The notes under the pieces: generated by a model
Databases searched by the model: none
What the model saw: only the letters and a program-made list of their open reading frames with translations
Told to the model about the DNA's origin: nothing
Made by a program: the position numbers and the translations under genes
NCBI GenBank assembly: GCA_002245135.1
Contig: NGBS01000013.1
Coordinates: forward strand, 62,001 to 126,000
Direction: 5' to 3'
Origin: Proteromonas lacertae
Lineage: Eukaryota
Length of the DNA: 64,000 nucleotides
In this document: piece after piece, positions 13,416 to 27,700 of the stretch
Layout: each line of letters opens with the position of its first letter
Position numbering within the stretch: the stretch's first letter is position 1

Positions 13416-14387
13416 CTATGTTATACTTAAATTATTCTTAATTGTTTCTAATTTATCATTCAATACATCTAAAGCTTTTGATACAATATATCCAGGTTCT
13501 AATGCTCCTGTACTCTCTACAGTAAATACAAATTTATTAGGTTCTTCGGATATAATAACAATTGGATCAGAAAATGTATCATCTTTTGCTGCAGTTTTTA
13601 CACATTCTAAACAAAACATACATTTCTTCTCTCTCATTGGATCTACAGATAATACTGCACTATCTTCATCGTATAAGAAGATGGATCTTGGACAACTATC
13701 TTTAATTGCCTTCTTTTTCAATACTGGTACATCTGTTAATTTTTCTGCATTTAATCTGACCCTTGGGACATATTTAAATACAGCTGTGGCTGTTGGGTTC
13801 CATTTGGCGTGAATTTTGCCAGTTCCAAGTCGAGCTTCTGCTTTTAATCTCAAAACTTGACCTCTTCCTAATGTAACGATTTTTATACCTTTATCTGTTA
13901 TGGATTCAGATGAATTAGAAATGAAGGGATATACATTCTCGTTATCTGATATTAAATCTCTAGAAGTAACATCACGTGTTTCTTCATCACATACAACATC
14001 TAAATTAAATAAAACTCTGCATTTTGGACAATCATCTGAAGTACATTCACATTCGTGAGGAAATCTGAAGTTTTTCATATTTGTAAAAGGATCTCTAACT
14101 GTCAACGGTATTAAACCAAGACGATGTGCAATAAATTCATCATGAAGAACAGAAGTGTTTGCTTGGATAGATACAATATCAATCGCAATTGTTGGTACCT
14201 ATATGTGAAATACAAAGTAGTGCAATATATGATATACTTCTGCCATCATAACACGTCTAAGAGCATTAGCTACACTTACGTCTACATTTGACAATGTAAA
14301 TTTTATTTTATCTTCCTGTACCTTGTGAATAATAATCTATGGAATAAATTATGATATCTATACATCAGGTCCTGAGCTTTGAGACAT
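13416..14387 (-). CDS. RPB3: RNA polymerase II subunit RPB3
   Basis: SVANALRRVMMAEVPTIAID, NTSVLHDEFIAHRLGLIPL, Zn loop CEC...CPKC, HAKWNP, FTVESTGAL; two short introns near the 5' end. Confidence 0.93.
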
Positions 14388-14515
14388 TTTATAAAAAATG
14401 ATGCTTGTTGTTTCAAACTTTTTTTCAGAAAGTATTTTTTGGAGCACCCAATTATAAAGAAGAATCTTCTTCGATTTATTTCAGATCTAGTGGAATATAA
14501 TTTATAATAAATACA

Positions 14516-15821
14516 ATGAGTGTTACAAATAACGTTATAGTGTCAGATAATGGAACTGGAGTATAAGTTTGACATTATTTTTGAATAGTATGTGAAACTG
14601 GGATATGCTGGAGATAATATTCCAAAATATGTCTTTCCTGCACTTGTAGGAAGACCAGCTTTAAGAGCAGAGGAAGCAGACTTTGGTGATTTAGAAGTAA
14701 AAGTATATATATTTTTTCTATAGAATTACATATAAAACAAAATAGGATTTAATGGTTGGTGATGAAGCATACAAAGCAAGATCAGCATTATGTGTAAACT
14801 ATCCAATTGAAAATGGTGTAATAAAGAGTTGGGATGATATGGAGCACTTATGGAACTACAGTTTTTCCACCAAAATGGGTCTCTCCTTCTCAGAATCTGG
14901 TCCAAACAGTACATCTGATAAAAAGATCTTACTTACAGAAGCTTCACTCAACCCTAAGCAAAATAAAGAAAAAATGGCTGAATATATGTTCGAAAAATAC
15001 AATTTCGGTTTCTTACAATGTCAAGCTCAAGCTTTATTAGTTTTATATGGTGTAGGTAGTCAAACTGGTGTAGTTGTCGATAGTGGAGATGGTGTAACGC
15101 ATATAGTTGTAGCATTCGACGGTTATATGCAAGATCATCTAACTGAAAGGTTAAATATAGCTGGTAGACATATTACTGATTATTTAAACAAATTGTTACA
15201 GAAAAGAGGATATTCTTTCAATATTTCCACTGATTTTGATATATTAAGAGATATAAAAGAGAATTATTGTTATTGTGCTTATGATTATGATAGAGAAGTG
15301 CGTTTATATGATGAAACAACAGTAATAATGAAAGATTATAATTTACCTGATGGAAAGAAGATTATATTAGGTAGTGAAAGATATGAGAGTTGTGAACCTT
15401 TATTTCATCCTGATTTAATAGGGTTAGGAAGCTTAGGAATGTCTGAATTGATATTTAATACAATAAACCAAGCAGATATTGATTTAAGAATGACTGTATA
15501 TATATATATATTATTATTATTATCAAATAGTTATATAAAAATATTGTTCTAAGTGGTGGTACAACGATGATTAGTGGTTTACCAGATAGATTGAATAATG
15601 ATATAACAAATTTATATTTACAGAATGTATTAAATGGTGATAAAAGTAGATTGAGTAAATTTAAATGTAATATTGAAGCCTTGCCTAATAGAAATACATT
15701 AGTTTATATGGGTGCGAGTGTATTAGGAGATGCATTGAGAGATCAAGATGATGTTTGGATTAGTAAGAAAGAATATAAAGAATATGGATCGAGTATTGTG
15801 TTTAGAAAACAATTGAAATAA
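14516..15821 (+). CDS. ARP2: Actin-related protein 2
   Basis: DNGTGYVKLGYAG, FPALVGRP.LR.EE, DLMVGDEA, VVVDSGDGVTH, LNIAGRHIT; four short introns. Confidence 0.9.
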
Positions 15822-16029
15822 ATGAAGATGTATTTTTAATATATAGTTGTTGTTGTTGTATAGATTTATTACATTTTTAAATAATGAATTGTTATTAGTT
15901 GTTTTTGAAAATAACCATTAAAACAAAATCAATAACAGAAATATTATCAGTTATAGATTCTACTATTACTTCCATTAATCAACTATATCAGCTTCATTGT
16001 GAAGGTGAAACATTCAATCAAACATTCCA

Positions 16030-16190
16030 TCAAATACATACATTTGTGTTTATTCCATTAATTTTGTTCATTTCTTCATCACTCAATTTAAAATTAAATA
16101 TATTAATATTACTTGAGCTGGTGATTTGTTATGATGTTTAGCTATTTCTAATACAACTGGATCTTTAAGCGCAACTGTACTAGTTTTACT
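16030..16190 (-). pseudogene. Aldo-keto reductase C-terminal remnant
   Basis: Minus strand reads LKDPVVLEIAKHHNKSPAQV and then, in another frame, NIFNFKLSDEEMNKINGIN. Both are typical AKR C-terminal motifs; the intervening IPKS segment is missing. Confidence 0.65.
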
Positions 16191-16561
16191 ATTTATATAC
16201 TTTTATAAGGATATTAATTACATACTCAACAAAATGAGCTGTTACTTTGACAATTAAACTATCAATTAAAAATGTTAAATTTGTATTTGATATGTATTAC
16301 TTATTTTTTATGGTTTTGATACACTGCATGGATAAACTTAATCTATTTATTTTAAGGGTTTGATTGATTTACAATATTTTCTATTATTAATATAAATAAG
16401 AGTTATATTTAATAATTATGGAAGAGAAGTGAGTTTATATGATGAAACAAATACTATAAAGCAAAATATTATAATTATTCTATGTTACATATATAATTAA
16501 GGTAGTGGATTAAATGATATTCACTATAATATCTTCATTTTATCATTATTTTTCACTTTTT

Positions 16562-19038
16562 CTAATCTAGTTCAGTTTTATATGTAAGAACTATTGTTGG
16601 AGATGTAGGTGAAATTGATCCATTTGATACACTTGGTGATGGAGAATGAGATGAACCAGATGATCTAGTAGGAGATGGAGAGTGAGGAGGAGATGGAGGT
16701 GGAGGAGATTTACCCTTTGGCCTATTAATATATTCATCTTCATCAAACTCATTTTCATCACTATTATCTTCATCTTCTACCGTCTTAATAGCTGATCTTT
16801 TACTACTATCAACTCCACTTGTAATACTTTTAGATTGTACAGAAGTCATTCTTCCTTTTGAGGTTATAGTAAAAAACACATCTATATTTTATTAATAATT
16901 ATATATAAATACTCATTCCTTCTGGTTTTGGTATTTTTTTTATATCTTCATCAACCTTATTATTTTCTAGATACAATATTTTTATATTTTTATATTGATA
17001 TAGTTGATTGATTCAGAATTGGCTCAAACTCTATCAAATTATCTTTCAAATTCAACTGTTTCAATTTTGTTATGTAACTTAAACTGCTTATTATATAATC
17101 ACAACCTATTCTATCAATTACATTATCTAATGATTATAAATACCTAAAATATACTAGACAAACATAACTTTTGAAGATTTGTTATATATGAAAAATTAAC
17201 AGCTAATGAATAAACTCCTCTTGAATCTATTTCATTTCCATTGATTGATAATTGTTCTAGATTAGGAAATTTTGGTAAACAATTGCTAAAACTTAATAAT
17301 CCTTCATATCCTAAAGAATTATTGGATAAATTCAAAAACTTCAAATCATTTAAAAATAGTTTTGGACTAAAGAAATATTTGGATTGTGATAAAGGATTTT
17401 TAGGACTGTTAATATTTGTAAGTGTAAGAGATACTAAACTATTTGAGAAATAATTACTCATTTCCTCTAAATCTGAAGCATTTATTGAATTGTCTAATGA
17501 TATATATTAGTGTTATTTCATTATAAATACTCTTTATTATCAGTTTATCTATCTTTTCTACTTTATATAAATTCTTACATATATTTATGAAGTCTTTAGA
17601 TTCAACAGTAATGCTATTTCCAATTTTAAAACTGCTTATTTGTTTTATAAGGTATAAATTTGTTAAATATTTATTGAATGATTTATATACATCTATATTT
17701 TAATATAAATATATATATAATACTGTTATTATTTACTATAATGTTTAACAATATTTCATCTTTTTCCTTTTTTATTTCTAACCAGTTAAATATGTCATTA
17801 TATTCTCCTTCTTCATCTTTCATCTTTAAACCTAAACTTAAGAAGTATAGAATATATTTTTTTAACCAATCACTTTCATAATTACTTTCTTTATACATAT
17901 TTCCAATCATATCAACAATCATATTAATTCTTCTTTTATCACCATTACTTTCGAAAAAATCATGTACATTCTTTGGATCTTCACCTATGTTAAAAAATAA
18001 AAAACATTATTATATCATATATATATATATATATATAATACTATGAATAAACAAACCTATTTTATTACAGTCTTCATTATCACATAATAGCATTGTTTGT
18101 AAAGGAATATTCAATAATACTCTTTGTTCATATTCTGTAACATCAGAATATCCACAATTTTCATATCTTCTTTTTATATTTTCTAATGCAATAATACATT
18201 CTTCACTATTATTTAATTCTATTGGATAATTTAATAATATATGTTTGAATTGCTTAGATTCATTTACCATTTGATTAGGATCTACATCTATTTGTTTTTC
18301 ATTGATATAATTCTCAAAAGACATTGATGTTTTATTCCAATCAACATAATTAATCAACAATTCTGTCATTTGAGATAGATTTTCTTGGTGATATGTTATA
18401 AATGATATTATTCTATCTGCTAAAAAATCTTCATTTGGAATTATTATATTATTTTGTTCGAGGATAAATTTGAATGTTGATAATTTCATATCTCTTATAT
18501 TTTCATCATTTAACATTATTGTTATATTTTCAGCAATAATTGAATTAAAATTGTAGTTGTTAAATATTCTTATAAATTGAGATATAAACATTTCTTTTTC
18601 ACTGTTTAATAGATGCAATATAGTTATAGGAGATGGATGATTAAGAAAATATCTGTACAGTTATAAAATAATTATGTATATATATATACTGTTTGGACTT
18701 TTCAAACAAATCAAATACATTTAAACGCCAAGAAGTAACTATAATATCAGCCACATTTACTTCATTTATGTCAATTATACAATAGCTTATATATTTAATA
18801 AACTCTCTAATACCATCTGCTGTTATTGCTTTATCAAATTCTTTTTTATTTTTTATTACATCAGCAGCTATGGAATTTTGACAACATATTAAAGGGGCAA
18901 ATATTTGTATTTTTTCTCCATCAACAGATATAGTACTACCACCACATTCTTTTATTAACAACTGACTTAAATTTTCTCTATGTAAAATAATCAGATATAA
19001 TCATACGATTGTGAGAAGTGGTCTTTTACAATTTTCAT
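16562..19038 (-). CDS. BTB/BACK-like N-terminus plus RNI-like LRRs and Ser/Pro-rich tail (multi-exon)
   Basis: BTB-like TISVDGEKIQI...FIKYI; BACK-like MKLSTFKFILEQNNIIIPNEDF; LRRs LKFLNLSNNSLG and LEQLSINGNEIDS. Confidence 0.6.
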
Positions 19039-19260
19039 TGTTTAAAATAACATAAAAAAAAGAAAAGATTAGTAAAGTTTGATTGAATGTTTGACAAGCT
19101 TTTCTTAATAATAATATTTTCAATGGATTGTGCTAATCTAATTAATCAATATCACATTTAAAATTGAATAACACCTGAATTGCATTTGTTATAACATGTT
19201 TTTCTGAAAATTTTAGAATAATCAAAAAAAACAATGGGAAAAATATATATACAAGTTTTA

Positions 19261-19780
19261 TTAATCCACTTGCATACGACCTTGTTGGATAAATTCATCG
19301 ACTAAATACTCATGTGCTCGATATATTTTGCTTTGAAGATAGAAAGAACCACCTTTTTTTGGATCATTTGAATTGAAAAATTTCTCAAATTTCTATAAAA
19401 TTGATAAATTAAATATAATTATCATACTTCTTGGACTTTTTCTGGAGTTAATTCAAATTCTGGTAAAGAGTCTAAATCTAATATTTTTAATGATTCTTCT
19501 CTTGTGATTTTCTTTCGATTCATTTGTTGTTTCATCGCTTCTCCTGTCTTTTTCGCTAAATTGATAAACATGTTATAATAATACATCCATTTTTAAACAC
19601 ATCATATGCTTTTGTCAATTTTTCAAATATTCCAGTAAACATACCAGAAAATTGTCTTTGGGGAATGTATATCTGTGAATTATAATAAAATGAACTATTT
19701 ATTTGATTTGGAAGTGTCTTAACTAGGGATGATCGCATTAAAACACGACTAGAACTTGTAATTAGTCTTCTTGACAACAT
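19261..19780 (-). CDS. PAM16: Mitochondrial import motor J-like protein Pam16/Tim16
   Basis: Spliced product contains ITREESLKILDL and FEKFFNSNDPKKGGSFYLQSKIYRAHEYL (Pam16 GGSFYLQSK signature); starts MLSRRLITSSSR. Confidence 0.85.
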
Positions 19781-19957
19781 AATTAGAAAAATGAAAAAAT
19801 GAAGCTCGAAGGAATCAAACCTATTCTTCTTTTTTTTCTTTCCTTTAAACACCAAAATACAAATATATAAAGAGGAAAAAACGAAAATCTAACACACCTA
19901 GTTACGAATTATAATTATGAATATCCATAATAACAGGAGAAGGAGGAATACTATAAA

Positions 19958-21581
19958 TTATAAAATAAGAACAGATATATACTCATTTTCATTTGTTTTG
20001 TGTCTTGCTATACTAAGCTTCTCCAAGTATTCATCTGAAATATCATCAGTCACATAATAACCATCAAAACAAGAACAATCAAAATCATAGAAAGGATGAG
20101 AAGGATCTTCACTCTCTCTTACTGAATCTTTCACATCTTCAATGGTATTATAAATAACCCAATCACATCCAATGAAATGTTCAATTTCTTCAATTTTCTT
20201 GTTATACGCTATTAACTCATCATAAGTAGGCATATCAATTCCATAAACATTTGGATATTTCACTTCAGGAGAAGCTGATGCTAGATAAACATGTTTTGCA
20301 CCTACATTTCTAACCATTTCTACAATCTCACGGGAAGTTGTACCTCTTACAATTGAATCATCAATTAAAAGCACATTCTTACCTTCTAATTCAGTTTTTA
20401 ATGGATTCAATTTTAATCTTACACTACTCATCCTTAGTGTTTGTCCAGGCATAATAAAAGTTCTTGCAATATATCTATTCTTAATAATTCCTTCTACATA
20501 TGGTAAATTTAGATATTTTGAACATGATAATGCCATTGTTCTAGAAGTTTCTGGAATTGGACAAACTATATCAATATCATGATGAGGATGTTTTAATTGG
20601 ATTTGTTTGGCGAGCTTTATTCCCATATTTGTTCTTGCTGTGTTTATAGATACATGATCTATTACAGAATCAGGTCTACTGAAGTAAATATATCTATTTA
20701 AATAATAATAATAATAATAATAATAAAGCAAGATAATATACTCAAAAATACATGGATTTAGTTTTGTTTTATCACAACACTGTTGTTTATACAAATTATT
20801 CTCTAAATCAATAAAAATACATTCTCCAGGTTGAACATCATCTACGATTTCATAACCTAATACATCCAAAGAAACACTTTCTGAAGATATATAATAATCA
20901 AATTTATTTGTTTCTATATTCAATCTTTTACCATAGATTAATGGTCTTATTCCATTTGGATCTCTAAATGCGATTAATCCATATCCTTGTATTGCTGCGA
21001 CTACTGCATAACCTCCACTGCAGTATTTTATTGTATTTTGTACTGCTTCGAAAATTATTTCTTTTGTTAATTTTGGTTTATTAATTGATAAATGATAAAT
21101 TTCATTTGACAATACATTCAGTAATAATTCAGAATCAGATCTTGTATTTATATGTCTGTTTGTTTTTTCAAGACGTTCATATAATTTAGATGTATTTACC
21201 AAATTACCATTGTGAGCAAGAGCAATACCAAACGGTGAATTTGTGTAAAATGGTTGAGCCTCTACTACAGATGCACAACCTGCTGTAGGATATCTGACAT
21301 GACCAATTCCAAAATAACCATTTAAATGAGACGTTCTCTCAGGTGTTAAAACTCTATTTTTTGTAACATTTAAAATAAATACTTTGAAACTAATCCCATA
21401 TCTTTGCATAAATATGCTCTTTCATTATCAATAGTTATCATCCCAGCAGCATCTAAAATTTAATTGATACAGTTATAAAAATACCTTGACCTCTGTGCTG
21501 AAGCATCAATAGCCCAGTGACTATTTCTGATTTAACGCATTTCTTCTTATCTGATATCAGAATACCAACAATTCCACACAT
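19958..21581 (-). CDS. purF: Amidophosphoribosyltransferase (three introns)
   Basis: N-terminal MCGIVG, LQHRGQDAAG, GHVRYPTAG, AHNGNL, YFSRPDS, PRPP loop VLLIDDSIVRGTT, PNVYGIDMP. Confidence 0.96.
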
Positions 21582-21781
21582 TTAAATTTGTCGATTCAGT
21601 TCTTTTCGAAAAAATCACCACAAAAAATATTTCTTTCTTTTTCTATAACATACAGATGTATTTATCCAACAAAACTTCACAAAAAAGTAAGATATATATG
21701 TTAAATATTATTTGAAATTACTTATAGAATATATACTACTATATATAGGTTATAAATACACTTTCTATATAAATATTAAAT

Positions 21782-24700
21782 TTAATCATCGCCTTTAGGG
21801 CTAATTACTCGTGCAGAGCATAATGGTGTGGTTGATTCAGATCCTCTCTGGTTCTGAATACGTCTAGTACTCATAGAGCTACTTTTATCGAATCTTCTAC
21901 TATAACAAGAGCCAACTATTCCAACTCCTTCATCGAAAAAATGCTGAGGTTCAGAAATAGTTGCTAATCCAAAATCACCAAAATAAAACACATCTGGGAA
22001 TATTCTAAACCTACCTCTTGAAGCTGCTACTTTTAATTGCCTATTACGATTCCTATTTTATAATAAAATAAATATGATAAATAAATACTCTAACGAATTT
22101 GAATTACTACTCCTTGAACCAAACGTACCTGATGTAAATGTAGTAGATAGTTCAGTTGTGTATAAGAACATCACTTTAGATCCAAATTGTATTAACAATA
22201 TGATAAATACACCTAATTCAATGCCTAAACTACGTAATAACATCAAAGTATCAGTTTCACTGGACATTAAATAATCCAATGGAACTAATATCACACCCAT
22301 AATAATCATAATAGCAATTGTCGCCATTAATGACATTGATTCATTAAATTCAGCTGAAGCATTTCTCACACCCCATGCAAGTTTTGCACCCCAGAAGAAT
22401 AGCAAGAAAACGGCTACTAATTCAATTACACTATATTAATAAATAATAATAATAATATATACACAAATATTGTATTGGAAGTACATTCTCTCATATACAC
22501 ATCATCTAAATACGTTGAATAACCGCTGCTAAATGATAATGTCGGTTCAGATGGTGATACAATTTGCCATATAACTAAATACACAATTTGAACAGATAAA
22601 ATAAATCCAATCATCTTCAACAACATAATATTTGATACTTTTACTTTCTGTAATTGTTTATTATTAAATAATTTATGAATTCTCCATGCTTTACTAAACA
22701 TAATACTGAATAATAAATTAATAGACAAAGACAGTCCCCAGATTCTAGCAGCACAAGTTACTTCATTATCTGCTAACAAAGTAAATACATCACCCATTAT
22801 AGCTAAAATAACCAATGAGATTAAAGCATAATATAAAAACAAAGGACTGGCACTTTTAATGATTCTTGTATGTCTGAATAGATAAACAATTGTTCCAACC
22901 AATAAAGAAGCAACACCATTCACTATACTAAAGGAAATAGAAACCCATCTAAATGCTTCATTCAATTCATAATAAACTTTATTCTTAAAGAATTTACAAT
23001 CTTCATTAGATTGGTAAGTCATTGTTCCTTCTACTATATATTCTATTCCTTGTTGCGGGAAAACTTGAATCAATGATGTATCTGATAATTGGAAGATAAA
23101 AACATCTTTTGATATTTGGTTATTATTCTCAGTTTTGATTGGACCAGAAGGACTATCATATGTTATATACTTTAAACTCAATTTTATATAATCATTACCA
23201 GGCCATTCACATCCATTACAGTAAGACATTGAATATTGTACAGCTTGTATCCATGTATAAATTGTACTATATGTATTTTCTAATACTTCATTTAATTCAA
23301 TTGAATCTTGATATTCAGCTGTCATTAAATATTGAAATGCGCCTGAAGCAGTGTTTGTGACAGATGGTGAATATGAAGTAACAACATAAGAACCTGTCAA
23401 TTTTTTTAAATTATCAGAACTTAAATCTAAAGGATCATATTTCATAAAGAATATAACAGTGGAACTAGTAATAGAGGAATCAATATATCCATTAATAAAC
23501 TGCGTATTTTCACTTGCAAAGTATAAGTTAATAATTGCTACACGATTTAATTTATCTAATTTACTTTCTATATCCTTCAACATTTGTTGAACATATAATG
23601 TATTAAATGGAGATAAGAAAGAATGACCTACAATTTCTATATTTTCATCATCTTCATTATTATCTTCATTTATTTTCCTTAAAGATTGTTCAATTACATA
23701 TAACTCAGTTGTGGATGAATTTCTATCACTTCCAACCACATATAATTTCTTCATTCCTAATGTCTTTATATATTCCATTAAAACATCCACTTTTTGATTT
23801 ATACTCAATCCACCAACAATCAAATTTTCTTGACATTCAAATCCATCATCTCTACCAGTAAACAAGAATAATGGCTCTTTTTCTTTTAAATAACGACTAA
23901 TTTCAGTTCTACATTCAGCGGTTAAACATCCAAACATTGTATTTGATTTACCTACTTCATAAATTGCTCTTGCGTTTCTATAAGCATCAGATATAGTAAC
24001 CCAACTATGATTTGCTGCAATTTGCCTACCTAATATACCTCCAACATCATTCACTTCTTTTACTATTAAATCGATTAGTAATGCATTATATTTCTCAGTT
24101 CTTCCACCTAAATCTTTCTCATGGAAGAAGGTAATAATGATTGGATTTGTATTGTAATTTTTACCTTTGGATTTATCATAAAAATCACATATTAATCCTA
24201 TTTCACTTTCATTAAATTGACTGAATATCAATGGAGTGAATTTCTGAGTTGGAGACCAATCTACTACTATTTTACCTTCACTATTAATCGTACCACTGTA
24301 TATTCTTCTATTGAAATAATTGTTAGGATTTAATTCAACAGTATCAGCCGGAATACTCACAGTATAATGATACATTTCTGCAGTATCTTCTAAAACAAAT
24401 GAATTTATTTTTCTAATCACTCCTTTCCAGAAGGTTATAGCAGAATAAGCACTTTCATAATCTCCAATCACTTTATGATCATCACCTATTTGTATATGAA
24501 TATCAGTATTACAAGCAGAAGCTAATGTTGGAACTCCTACATTATTTAATTCACTATTTCCTAATGATTCAAAGTAAGAATCAAATACCATAAAACCATT
24601 CAAACACTGTTTGTTATTAGTATTCTTCAAGATTCTTTCAATTATATTTTCATTGAATAATGAGTTAAGAATTGTATAAGTTGGATATGTTAATCCATTT

Positions 24701-27700
24701 TCACAGACTAAATCATAAAATGCTAAAATATCTTCATCATTTGTAAGTACTGTGATTATAAAACCTCCATTGGGTAAAGCTCTTTGAATATCATTCACTA
24801 ATCTTCGTGTATTACTTTTATCTAAAATAACATTACCATTCGAAGTAATAATTAAACTTTTCATCTTTTCAGTCATTAAATCAGAGATTTTACTTGCAAA
24901 TTCATCAGCTGATCTTAGTATAAATGCACTGGAACTATATTCTAATAGTCTTCTCAACACTGCTTGAGTGATTTGAGAAGGATGTAAATGAGTTGCAACA
25001 ACATTTTCATAACATACATTACCCATTGATCTTCCTAAGAAGAAGAATATTTTATTACTTCCAGTCAATATATCACCAATTCTCTCTAATGTTGAAGGTT
25101 TATATCCACCAAATATGTAACTATACCTTGTATTATTTACTAATTTCAATAATTCACTTTCATATATATCATCCGATGATTTTGTATCAATAACAGTGTA
25201 ATTGATATAATTATCTAACAATAATCCATTTCGATTAATATCACCAATTGCTGCGATTAAACTGTCAAAGATGGGAGTTTCAATTTCTCTATCTTCACCT
25301 GTTAATGATAACATTATTAAGATTGTATAAGTAGCAACAGTATTTCCATCATCAATATTATCATTGTCAAAATCACACTTTTTAAATATTCCATTCACTG
25401 GTTCAAATGCTTCTGGAACAATCGCATAAGTTGAATCATAGATTAAAGTACTTGATTTATTCTGATTGAATTTCAATATTTTGGGTATTCTGGATAAGTA
25501 TTGATTTCCACTGAAATACACTAATCCTTCAGGTGAATTGTATTTTACACTTCTTAAAGCAACTCTGACATTATTCCTATCAAGATTAACTACTTGTATA
25601 TTCTCTTCTCTTTTACTTTTAGGTAGAGAATCTAAGGCAGTTTGCCATAGTTTAATTGAACTGTAAGTTCTAATCATAACATCTGATACATAAACATCTG
25701 AATCAATTCTTTGATATAATTTATTCTTAAACTCCATATTAATATCAGAAGTATCATCAGGATTGTAGAATTCTATATATTCATAGTTATAATAAGGTAA
25801 TTTCCTCATATGTTGAGAATTCTCCATAATAATTACGTTGAATGGAATTCCATTTCCATTGGTTGCTTCGTTAATATTATCCATTAAAACACTGAATGAG
25901 TCTTCATATCCAAAAAATAATATACAAACGGTTTGTTCTTTCATCATTGACATTTGTGAGATTTGTTCTTTTAATTCAGTTTGAGAATCTACTTCATTTT
26001 CTACATCATATGTAAAAGTAGTTATATCTTCAATTTTCATATTTTGGAGGTATTTCTCCACATATTTTGCATTATAAGCATCAATACCACTTTCAATAAA
26101 TAACATTATTTGATTATAGAATCTATTTCTTATTACATCCAATATCTTATCATAGAAAGTTGCATGTTTTACACCTATAAAATATGGAGCATCACAGTCA
26201 TTCAATTGAATTGATAATAATCTGAAAAATATTAATTCTGTTTCATCAGGGATTTCTTTTTCAATTTCATTCAAACATGCGTCATCAATTGCACCAAACA
26301 ATGCTATTGGATGATTATCTCTAATATATGGCTCGATATAGGTTCGACACAATTCTGGATTACCTTCTGTATCAAATATATCACCTTTTAATGTATAACC
26401 ACCAATACCGCCATTATCATTAATCTCATTAGTTACCATTTGGAAAATATCAACGTAACCTTCAGCATTCTTTGAAGTAGATAGAGCAGCAACTAAAGCG
26501 ACTTTTCTTGCAGGAACTTTGTATTTATAACCAACTTCTGGTGTTCTATCTTTAAATGAACATTGATATCCATAACTAGTAGGAATATTCCAATTCCAAG
26601 GTGAAGCACTTTGAACATCGTATTTGCTATAAATAGTTTGATAAGTCAAGCCGTCTGGATTGTATCGAATCACAAAGAATGGAGCTGTAACGTAATTATT
26701 ATCGTTCATTGTAATTATTCCACTACCAACTTGGAATGATACTCCATACGATCCTTTTCTTACTTTTTCTGTATCAAATGAATCAGCCTTTTTCACAGCT
26801 TCAGCATATAAATGGACAGCAGAATAAGATGCTTCAAATAATGAAGTTGGCTTATCTAAACTGACATAATCTAATGCTTTATTTAAAAACTTCTTATTTT
26901 CTTCAGTTGCTAAATCGTAAGAATATCTGACTATTTTGTATATATTCTTTCTATCATCTGCTGGAATTGTATCTGTTTCTTCCACTTCCAAAAACAAATC
27001 AACAACTGCGTATTTATCACTATCAATATTTAATCGATTGAAGTATTCCATGAAATTCTTAAATACTTCCACTGTAGTAAAAGTTGATATAATTATTCCA
27101 CCTTCAGTCATTTTTGATTGAATATCATTGAATAATTCATAAGTTATTTGATGAGATGAATCATATTTGAATTGTCCTCTTTTATTTATTAAACCAGAAG
27201 CTTCTCCTTCTATCATAGTTACTAAATTGTTAGAAGAAGGATCATCTTGAGAGAGAATATAATAATCATTCTTAAATTTTGAAGTTAATAAGAATTCCAT
27301 TAATCTTGTAATATATTGATTAGCAACCATTGAAGTGTAGAATGTATAATAATCACATTCTTCACCAGCTGTAATTCTAGGGAAATAGAACAATTTATTT
27401 GTTTCTACAGCTACCTTTTTTACAGCATTTTTACAGACAGGTTCTGTACAACCAACATATGCGACAACATCTTTATCTTGTTTCATTTCACTCAATATAC
27501 TCTCTAATTTACTAACATCACTATTATAATTTATAAATTTCACTAAAAATCGATGTTCTTTGATTCTTTCACCATCATATAATTCTCTTAAAGCTGTCAT
27601 AGCACCAAGAAGAGCTTTTTCATGTGCTTTCTTATACATTCCAGCTGTAGCAAATACTAATACAATCTTCTTTACAGGAACATCAGTAACAATTCTTTCA

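Noticed and set aside
21780..22000. 'GDFGLA' in the GPCR tail as a kinase DFG motif
   Set aside because: The tail is too short and lacks all other kinase motifs.
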